Shown here in pieces: positions 45,971 to 56,200 of a stretch of DNA of 64,000 bases (its first letter is position 1; each line of letters opens with the position of its first letter). This stretch comes from Rebecca billardiae RCC1528 (taxonomy: Eukaryota; Protista; Haptophyta), in assembly GCA_965240325.2 (NCBI GenBank), contig OZ251225.1, positions 2,170,001 through 2,234,000 of the forward strand, given 5' to 3'. Made by a program: the position numbers and the translations under genes. The notes beneath the pieces are model-generated. The model made no database searches and was not told where the DNA came from. It saw only the letters and a program-made list of their open reading frames with translations.

Positions 45971-46753
45971 GCACGCGAGAGTACCTGCGGCTCCCGCGCG
46001 GCCGACGTGGACGGTTGCCCCGGCGCGCCGCTCCAGCACGCGCTCGCGTGTCTGCGTGGACTGGGTTATAGCGCGCGTGCCGCGCCTTCTTTTCTCGGTG
46101 CAGGCGCGCTGGCTGCAGGCCTTGGCCATCGACTACGCGGCGCGCACCCTAGCACTCCCTAGCAGCCAGCCGCGACGAGTCCGAGTCTGCGCGCGCAGAT
46201 GGGCGGCGGCGCGCAGGCCGTGCGCGCGCAGATACACGAGCACGTGCGCGTGAAGGCGCTGGGCGCCGAGCTGGCAAAGCGCGACGCCGAGCTCAACGCG
46301 TGCGCGCAGAGGCGCTGGGCGCCGAGCTGGCGAAGCGAGACGCCGAGCTCGACGCGCTGCGTCACGCGGCACGGATGCGCTGGGCGCGCGCGCTGCCCTT
46401 GTCCACGCCCTGCAGCAGCTCGAGCAGGTGTGGACGGCCCTCGAAGCTACGGTGGGCGAGCGCGCGCCGCTCAGCCTGCCGCTGGCCGCCGCCATCCTCG
46501 AGGCCGACGCGGCGGAGCAGGCGGCGGGCGAGCACGGCGGCGCGGTGCGGAGCAGGGCACGCGTGCGCCTGGCGGCGGGCGCGACACGCCACTCGCTTCG
46601 TCCCACCCCGAGCTCCGCTCGGTCTGCGCGTGGCTGCGCAGCGTGGGCGGGCAGCAGTGGCGCGCGCTCTCGCTATGCCGGCCCGAGGCGCGCCGGCTGA
46701 GCGACCAGCGGCCCTTCGTCGAGCGCATGGCGCAGCGCGAGCACCTCTAGCAG
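45971..46753 (+). pseudogene. Fragmented coding-like sequence (probable pseudogene or captured gene fragment)
   Basis: Protein-like segments lie in different frames. A ~56-bp tandem duplication (46243-46356) shifts the frame, and a TAG lies just before a typical GTGCGCGCGC donor. Flanked by intron-like sequence. Confidence 0.35.
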
Positions 46754-47831
46754 GTGCGCGCGCGCGCGCGCACGCGCCGGCCCGCGCCGCGCGGCGCCTC
46801 TCGCCCTGCACGCGCGCCGCCCCGCTTCCCCGCGCGGCCCGTCCGCGCCTCTCGCCCTGCGCGCGCGCCGCCCCGCTTCCCCGCGCGGCCCGTCCGCTGG
46901 TGTCCCGTGCCACCCTTGGCCGTCGGCGCGCCCATTCACGCGCCGCGAGTCCGACGGACGGGTCTGACTCTCACTCACTCTCCGAGACGGTGCGGCTCGG
47001 CCTGTCTGACTGCCAGGCAGACGCCAGACCGTGCGGATTGACGACGTCACGGTCTCATTCTCAACCACTGCGCCGCGGGCCCCCAACTGCGTTGGTTCTA
47101 CGGAAAAGGACCGCGGAACGCGGTCATAATTTATGTATGTATCCGCGCAAGCTTCGGTTACACACTGTGACACTGATGTCTGACTCACTCAGATCATCTG
47201 TCAGATCGGTCACGGGTCAGCCTCGGCCAGTCGGCCAGCGGAGCCCTGTGCGCCGTGTGGCACCGCGCATCGCAGATCGCTCCGGCCAATTACATGCATA
47301 TAGTTTCTTACACATGCCATGCTGCGCTTCAATTGCACGTGACCCTTCGAACCTAGCACTGCGAATTGATTTGATTCACTCTCCGCGGACCGCGCTGGTA
47401 CTTACGGTGACTCTCTCAGGTCAATCCGAATGGCACGGGGCTTTTCGGGGATTACGCCTGATACCGTCGCGCTGCATATACAAAGTTCTGTGGCACGCCC
47501 TCGCATTGGTCGAAGCAACCGGCCGGATGAGATCTGACTGTGCGCAGGCGCGTGCCTCGGCTCTGCCCACGACATGACGTACGCCTCGGCCAGATCCTGC
47601 GCATGCCGTCCTCGCCGCCGAGGTACCAAGCGCCCAACTTGGCCTGCGCAATCGCATCACCGCGGCTCCTTGCGCTGTGAGCATCTCCACCAAGGCGTCC
47701 TCCATGGCCGATCCGGACGGCGGAAGCGGCACCGGCAGCTTGGAAGCTTCGTCCGAAGCGTCCGTCCGGAGCGAGAGCGCTCGTCCCTGGCTCGTCGCCG
47801 CCCACAAGCGGGACGGTCGCTTCTTGGGGCG

Positions 47832-48288
47832 ATGGATGAGTCCGACGTTGGCATCCGCGAATTCCTGCGGCCAGGCCCCGGCTTCACCGCGATCATCAAG
47901 CATCGCTTCGCGGACTTCATCGTGCGGGAGGTCCGGCTCGACCAGCGCGTGTGTCGGCTGCGCGTGCGCGCGAGCCGTGCCGCGGACACGCTCCCCTCGC
48001 CCGCTGGACCTGCTGGCGTAGAGCGCGACGCGACGGAGGATGCGGCCCGTGCGACGCTGGCAGACAGCCTCAGTGAAGCCGAACGCGCGGTGCTGGCCGA
48101 GCTCGCGCGCGCATCGGGCGCGGCTGACGCCAGTGCGCGCGCGGGCGAGGTCGTCCTAAGCGTGCACGACGACAAGGCGACGCGCACGGCGGTGCACAAG
48201 GCGATCCGCGCGCTCTACCCGGGCCTGTGCAGCGAGACGCGCGGAGAGGACAAGTCCATCGTCGTGCAGAGCGTGAAGGGTGGGCCAC

Positions 48289-48320
<32 letters not shown>

Positions 48321-49904
48321 AACAAGCGGCGGCGCGTCGACCCGTGGCCGGGCGGCGACCTTCACTTCCTCTCGTTCACGCTGCTCAAGGAGAACCGCGA
48401 CACGATGGACGCGCTGGAGACGCTGGCGAAGGCGCTGCACGTGAAGCCGAGCACCTTCTCGTACGCCGGCGTGAAGGACCGGCGCGCCGTCACCGCGCAG
48501 GAGGTGCGCGCCTACCGCCTCGACCCGAGCCGGCTGGGCGGTTTCCAGGACGCTTCCGCGGCGGGGCGCGACACGCTCTCAGTGGGGGACCTCGAGTTCG
48601 CTCGCGATGCGCTCAAGCTGGGCGACCTGGCGGGCAACCGGTTCACAATCGTGCTGCGCGACGTGGCAGTGCACGCGCTGCCCTGCGCGCTCGCCGGCGT
48701 GGCGGCCGTGCGCGCGCGCGGCTGCATCAACTACTACGGGCTGCAACGGTTTGGGAATAACGCGGCCGCGCCGACGCACCGCATCGGCGCCGCGCTGCTG
48801 ACGGGCCGGCTGCGCGACGCGATCGAGCTGATCCTCGCGCCGCGCGCGGGCGAGCGCGCCGACGTCGCCGCGGCGCGGCAGACCTACGCGCAGTCGCGCG
48901 ACGCCGCCAAGGCTCTCGCGCAGATGCCCAACTTCATGCACCGCGAGCGTAGCCTGCTGCAGGGTCTTGCGACGCCGCACGGCGCGCGCGACCTCGCGGC
49001 CACGCTCGCGCGCGTGCCGCGCAACGTCCGCAAGCTCTACCTGCACGGGTACCAGAGCTACGTGTGGAACTGCATGGCGTCCGAGCGCATCCGGCTATAC
49101 GGCGCGGACGCCCCCGTGCCGGGAGATCTCGTGCTGCTCGAGCGCGCCGCGCCGTCAGCTGCCGCCTCCGCGCCCGCGGCCGGCGACGGCGGCTCTGCCG
49201 AAGCGGCCGCGATCGGCGGCGCGGCGGCGGGCGAGGGCGAGCTGCTCTGCCCCGTGCGCGCGCTCAGCGCGGACGAGTGCGCCTCCGGCCGCTACTCGCT
49301 GCGCGACGTCGTCCTGCCGCTGCCCGGGACCGACGTGCGCTACCCCACCAACGAGCTCGGCCAAAAGTACCACGCGCTGATGCGCGCGGACGGGCTCGAC
49401 CCGGCCGACATGGAGCGGCGCGTGAAGGAGTACCAGCTGTCGGGCGCGTACCGCAAGCTGCTGCTGCAGCCGGAGGACGTGCAGCACGCCGTGCTCGCGT
49501 ACCCGGCGGACGAGCCGGACTGCCAGCTGACCGAGACCGAGCTGGACGAGTCGCGCGGGGTCGCGGTGGGCGGCACCGTTCTCACGCCGGAGGACCCTCG
49601 GCTCGCGCCGCCGCCGCCGGGCGAGGCGGACGAGGCGCGCGCGGCGGGGTGCGCCGCCGGCGCGGACAGCGCGAGCGACGCCCCAGCCGCGGCTGCGGCG
49701 TGCAAGTACGCGCTGCGAGTCGAGTTCACGCTGCCGCCCGGTGCGTACGCGACCATGGCGCTCCGCGAGCTGTGCAAGCAGTCGACCGAGGTGGATCGGC
49801 AGGCGCAGCTGTCCAAGGGGCAGGGCGAGCGCTCGCTCGGCACGACCAATGTGTCCGACGAAGCCGCCGCTGCCGCCCCGGCCGTGACGCAGGATTCGCA
49901 GTGA
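47832..49904 (+). CDS. PUS7: Pseudouridine synthase PUS7 (TruD family), intronless
   Basis: Motifs DVGIREF..GFTAIIKHRFADFIVREV, FTLLKENRDT, catalytic YAGVKDRRAVTAQ, LGDLAGNRFTIVLR, INYYGLQRFG, LYLHGYQSYVWN, GAYRKL and FTLPPGAYATMALREL. Confidence 0.95.
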
Positions 49905-50294
49905 CTTGCGGCGGCGCGTCCTGGGTCGGCTGACTGAGCGGAGGTAGGCTCAACGCCTCAAGGCTGACTCAAGCGGAAAAGTGGACAGCAGTTTTCATAT
50001 GAATGGTCATTCATCACTGCTGACGCTGTTGATCACAGCGGCCGCCCATGGATGCACAGTCGTCCCACAGCCGCAGTACATCGTCTGACCAAGGGCGGTA
50101 GTCTGACTGTGAGACTGTCCTCCTCGTCTTGATGACGTCTCAGACTCAGTCGGAAGCCGACTGATGATCGAGGCTTCGGCCGGTCGAAAGCGCGTCCGGG
50201 ACCAGCAGAGTCCGGGTTGAAAGCGGGCGCGCTCCTTGGCTTCGCGGCGCCGCCCGCGCCCAGCAGCGGAGGGACGACGACGGCCCGCGTCACC

Positions 50295-53200
50295 ATGCGA
50301 CCCGCGCTTTTCGTGATGGTGCTCGCGGGCGTCGCGGCCGCGAGCGCCGCTTCGAGCGGCACGGCGCCCAGCCCGCTGTACCCTGGTTTCGGATGCGGCT
50401 CGATCGTCGCCATGCAGGTCGCCGACGCGCAGTCGTGCGCGGACGCCGTGAGGCGCGTATCATCAAGCCGCGTCGCGTTCTCGTGGTCCGCGGCGACCAA
50501 GCTCTGCATGGGATGCTCGCCTTTCGACGTGCGCCAGCGCCAGCAGGACGTCGAGTACGACGTCTACTCCCTTGCCGATGACGGCGCAAGCGCGGATCCC
50601 GCCACCTCCGCCTTTGCCGCTCCCGCGGCAGCAGCTCCACGCCCACTTGCGCTCTCGACGTCGGCTCCGCAGCCGACGCTGCCCGCGGAGCGATCGCCGG
50701 CAGCGGTGGGCGCGGCGAGCGACGCTGCTACTGGGACGAGCAGCTCGGGTCCACCCCCGTCACCCGCGGCCCCCGCCGCTGCTCCCTCGTCGCGCTCGTA
50801 CATCGGCGCCGGCTGCGGCCATTTTGTGCGCGCCGCGGTCCCCTCGGCCGACGCGTGCGGCGACGCGGTGCGCGAGCGGGCGCACGGCGCGGACCCGCCG
50901 ATCACGCACTTTGCGTACAACGAGCGAGCACGCCTCTGCTTCGCGTGCACCGACGACGAGGTGTGGAAGCGCGTCGACGACGCGTCCACGTCCATCCACC
51001 CGGTCAGCAGCGGTGGCGAGCGGTCGCCCGCGCCAGCGCCGGCGGCGACTCCAGTGCTGCCGCGCGCGCCGAGCTCGCCCACGCCGGTCTCTCCAGCCCC
51101 AGCAGCCGCGCCAGTGGTGCCCTCGCGCGCGCCGAGCTCGCCCGTGCCGGTCTCGCCCACCTCGACACCCTCGCCATCTCTCCCCTCGCGCGCGCCGATC
51201 GTGCTCGCATCGCCCTCGCCGGCGCCTCGGCCAGCGCCGTCGCCCAGCCCGTCTCCGGCCGGCTCGGCCGCGCCCGCTCCCGGCTCCGAGGCTGTGCCTT
51301 GGGAGCACCTCGAGCCGACGCGGTCGGGGATGCGCTGCGGGAGCTTCGTCGCGTCGGGCATCGACTCCGCCGCCCGCTGCGCCTCGGCCGTCTCCTCGTC
51401 CGCCGGGCCGCACTACCCGTACATTGCGTGGTCTGATATGAGCCTCTTCTGCTACAAGTGTACCGAGGCGGAGGTCGAGTCTGCCGGCCGCGCGCTCATC
51501 GAGCCGGCGTTCGACATCTACCCGGTCGCCTCGCTGCTGCCGGTGGTGCACTTCTTCTCGCCGCAGCCGCCGCCCGCGGCGCCGACGGCGAGCCCACCGC
51601 GCTCGCCATTGGCAGCACCGCCCTCACCCTTGCCCTCGCCTTCGCCCTCGCCATCGCCACGGCCCCCGCCGCCCTCGCCCGCGCCATCGCCGACTGCGTC
51701 GGCCGGTAGCGTGGCCGTGGCCGCTGCGCACGCCGGCTGCGGCGACCTCGTGGCGCAGGGCGTGACCAGCGCGGCCGCGTGCTCGCGCCTCGTCGCCGAC
51801 GCCCCGTACTTCACGTGGGGCGCGGGCAGCGGCTTCTGCTTCAGCTGCTCCGCGCCTCAGTTTGAGCAGCGCGTCGAGATGGGCAGCTATGACGTGTACG
51901 GCGGCGCCGGCGGCGCGACGGCCGTGCCCGCGCCCGCGGCGCCGCCGCCTGGGCCCCGCGCGCGCCTCGCGCCGCCCCCGGCGCCGAGGCACGCCGCCGG
52001 GCCCGCCGTCCTCGCGCGCCTCGTGTACCCACGCCAGGGCTGCGGCACGTTTGTGGGCGCGGGCGTTCCGTCGGCCGACGCTTGCGCGAGCGCCGTCGGT
52101 GCCGCCATCGAGCACGTCGCCTACTCCGTCGATCGGGGGCTGTGCTTCGGGTGCGACGAGGGCGAGCTGGCTGCGCGCCAGCCGGCGCCGGATGCATCCA
52201 TCTTCGCCGTCGTTCGCACCGGCGCCGCTGCCGCGGCACCGCCGAGCGTCGTGCCCGCCGCGTCGCCGAGCCCATCACAGCCCGCACCCAGTCCGCCGCC
52301 GCTGCCGGCCTCGCCGCCGCTGCCGCCACTCAGCCTGGTCGCGTTTGCCACGAGCTTCTGCGGCTCGCGGCGGTGGCCCACGTCGACGGACACCGAGTCC
52401 GCCGCGGCGTGCGCCGAGGCCGTCGCCGCCGGCGCCAAGCCCGGCCAGCCTGCGCCCGCGCACTTTGCGTGGGCCGAATCGCCCGGCTACTGCTACGCGT
52501 GCTCGGCACGCGAGGTCGGCGCGCGCGTCGGCGACGCCCAGTACGCGATCTACCACACGCGCGCGTTCGTGGGCGCGGCCGTCGCGGTGGAGCAGCCGGC
52601 TGGCGGCTCCGCCGGCCCGCACTCCGCCGGCGGCACGAGTGCCGCCGGCGGCGGCGGCTCGGCGGGCGGCGGCGCGGCGGCGGCGCTCGGCTTCCATCTC
52701 GACCGCCGAGGTTCAACCTGCGTCGAGAACGCCGCCGTGTACGACGACGTCGAGTCGGCCGCCGAGTGCGCGGCGCGGACCGGCGGCTTCGCGCGCTTCG
52801 CGTACTCGCCTGTGTTCCACATCTGCACCGCGTGCACGGAGCGCGGCTACGCGCTGCGCACCCAGCTGGCGAATTACGACATTTACGCGCGCGGCGCGGC
52901 TCCGAGCGCGGCGCCGGCGCCGGTGCCGCCCTCGCCCTCGCCGGCGGCGTCGCCCAGCCCTCAGCCGCACCGCGCGGCGGAGCCTGTGTACGCCGCCGAG
53001 GCAGGCTGTGGCGACCTGCGCGCGACGACCGGCGGCGAGCCGCCCACCGTCGCGGCGTGCCGCCGCGTCGCGTCGGCTGCGGGGACGCGCTTCTTCGCCG
53101 CGCCAGACGATCCGACCGCGCCCGGCGGCAGCTGCTACATATGCTCCGACGCGCAGGCGCGCGCGCGGCTACCGTACAGCGGCTACGGCGTGTACGAAAC

Positions 53201-56200
53201 AGACCCGTCGGCCGCGCCGCACGGCGGCGGCGGCGGCGGCGCGCGCCCGACCGTGCCGGCGTGGATGAGGCCCTACCCGCCGCCGAGCCCGGGCCCGCCG
53301 CCCACGCCGCCGCCCGCGCTGCCGCCGCCGCCGTCGCCCGCGCCGCCCCCTGTGCTCGTGGGCACAGACGACGGGAGTGGCATGGTCTATCGCCGCTCGG
53401 GCTGCGGGTCGATCGTGATGCACAACGTCTACTCCGCCGCCAAGTGCGCCGAGCTGGTCAACCGGTATCGGCCCCAGCCCTACTTCACGTGGGGCGAGAG
53501 CACGGCTTTCTGCTTCAGCTGCGACCCGAAGCAGCTGGGGCGGCGCGAGCGCAACCGTGTGTATGCGATCTACAGCATGGAGGCTTTTGGCGGCGTGCGC
53601 CTTGTGCCGCCGTCGCCGCTGCCGCCGAGCCCGAGCCCGCCGAGCCCGCGCCCGCCGCCGCCGTCGCCGTCGCCGCCGCCGTCGCCGCGCCCGCCGCCGC
53701 GCGCGGCGCTCCGCCCCGGCACGATCCCCACGCGCCGCCCTTCCACCCCGTCGGGCGCGGGTCCGCAGCCCGTCGCGCGCGGCTCGGGCTGCGGCAGCAT
53801 CGTTCGCGCGAGCGTGGGCAGCGTCGCGGAGTGCACTGTGCTCGTGGCCGCGGAGGCGCGCACGCGGTACGCCTCGTTCTCGCCCAAGTCGGGCGGCTGC
53901 TTCAGCTGCTCCGAGGAGGAGTACGGCTACCGCATGCCGATGGAGGGCTACGACATTTATTTTGCGGCGCTGCCGCCGGGGGGCGGCCGGCCGAGCGCCG
54001 GGCCCGGCCCGGGCGCCGCCGACGCGCACGGCCCGGCGCCGTCGTCGCCGGCGCCGGCGGCGGTGGCCGGCGGCGGTGGCAGCGGCGGCATCACGGGCGC
54101 CGCTGGCAGCGGCGGCGGCGGTGGCAGCGAGGGCGGCAGCAGTGGGGGCGGCACCACCCCCCGCCCGCTCCCTCGGCCTCCGAGCGCGCCGACGCGCCCG
54201 AGCGAGGCTCCGGCTTCGGCCCCCGCCCCGGCGCCGAGCGCTCCTGCCGCGCACGCGCGCGCGCCCGCGCGGAGGCGGGTGGGCGTGAGCTGGCTCGCCG
54301 TGAGCGCGCTGCTCGTGCCCGCCCTCCTCCTCGGCGCCACCACCGTCTCAGCGCCCGTCCTGCCGCCGCCCGCGGCGGACGGCGCCTCGCAGCCCGCCGG
54401 CGGCGAGATGCTATCTCCCGCGCCGGCGCGCTCTCGGCACCGGGACGCCCTTTGGATCCTGGGCTCGGTCGCGGGCGCGGCGCTCGCGTGGCTCGCGCTC
54501 GGGTACTCGCTGGCCTTCAACCCCCGCTCGGTGCCCGGCGGCCTCGTCGGCTCACCACAGCTCGTCGAGCCCACGGCGGTGGGCGCGTCGGCGGGCGGGC
54601 TGGATTCGAGCTGGGTGTGTGTAAGCCTCGAGCTTGTGCGCGCGCTCGCGGCCGCGCTCGCGCTGGCCATCTGCGCGCCGCTGCGCCTGCTGTGGCAGCA
54701 CGGCGCCGCCGCGACCGTCGGCATCGGCGTGTGGGTCCTCTGCGCCTACGCGCCCATCGCGCACTGGGCGTGGAGCGAACACGGCGCGCTGCGGCAGCGC
54801 GGCGTCCAGGACGTCGGCGGCGCATCCGTTCTCTACATCAGCGCCGCGTGCGCGATGCTCGTGATTGCGCGCGCCCGGCTCTCCTTCCTCGAGCGGCTGC
54901 GCGAGGAGCCGCTGGGCACGGAGGAGTGGGAGATTGGCGCGCAGTGCGTCGGCAAGCGCTGGGCCCGCCTCCCGCCACATGCGGTCGTCGGTCCGCGCAC
55001 GCGCGCGCGCGCTCGTGCGCAGAGCCCGCCGAGGGCTCGGCGCGGCGCGGGCGCGCGATGCGTGCCGCGTGCGCGGCGCGAGCGCGGCGCGCGCGCTGCC
55101 GGCGGGCTGGGCACGCGGTGTCCGCCGCTCGCCCCGCCTTCACCGCCTGCACCCCCGACCCCTCCGAACTGCCGCGTCGCGCCCCGCGCCGCGCGCAGCG
55201 CTCTTCGTGGCCGGAGTCATCGGCCTGCAGGCCGCGTCGGCGCAGCGCGCGGGCGGCGACCCGACGCAGGCGTTGTTCGCGACGGCGCTGTCGGTGCGCG
55301 CGCGCGCGCCGCGCCGCGCGCCCCCGGCTTCTGCGTACGCACGCCGATCGCACACCCCGGCCGCGCGCCGCGCGCGGCCCACGACTCACCGCCGCCCGCC
55401 GCCGCCGCCGGCCCGCCGCCGCCGCCGCCGCCGCCGGCGTGGACGCACCCTCGCGCGCAGGCCGTGTGCGGCGCGGTGGTCTGGATGGTCTTGGCCGAGC
55501 TTCGCGCGCGCCGGCGCAACCTGTCCAAGGCGCCCCTGCGCAGCTCCGTCTCCTTCGCCATGCTCGGCGCGGCGAGCGTCGAGTCGACCGTTCGCTCGCT
55601 CGAGCGCGTGCGCGCGCACGAGCTCGCGGACGCGGTGGTCGGTGCCGTGATCGGTATGGCCTGCGCTACGCCCGCGGCTGGTGTGCAGTCGGTGGTGCCT
55701 GTTGGCTTCCAAGCGCTCGCCGGCGCCGCCGTCGCGTTCGCCGTCGCCTCGCCGCTCGACCGCTTCTTCGTCGTCCAGCTCGATGGGCCCGACTACGCCT
55801 CCACGACCCTCGTGAGCGCGCTCGACGCGCCTTCGCACACGCTGATGCTCGCCGGCGGCTTCGGCGCTCCGACTGCGCTCACGCTGGCCGCGCTCACGGC
55901 GACGCCCGCTTCGGAGGCCGCGGCAGGGCGCGGCCTGCCGGAGCGCCTCGCGGCTCAGCTCCTCCTCGCCCTCGTCGCCGGCCTCTGGTCCGCGTGCGTG
56001 ACGAAGGTGCTGCTCCTCCTCGGCCGTTCCTTCGCGCGCGAGATCACGATCCTGCCCATGCCCGACGGCGGCGCGCAGCGGCAGCGCTCCAACTCGCCGC
56101 CGCAGCCGCCGCGGTCTGAGGCCGAGGTCGCGGCGCACGGCTCCTGCATGCGCAGCGCCGACGCCTCGACGCAGCCCACGGGCCCGCCGCACTCCGCGTC

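Noticed and set aside
52082-56119. 1345-aa Arg-rich ORF and many similar overlapping ORFs across the window
   Set aside because: They are off-frame shadows caused by high GC content and few stop codons.
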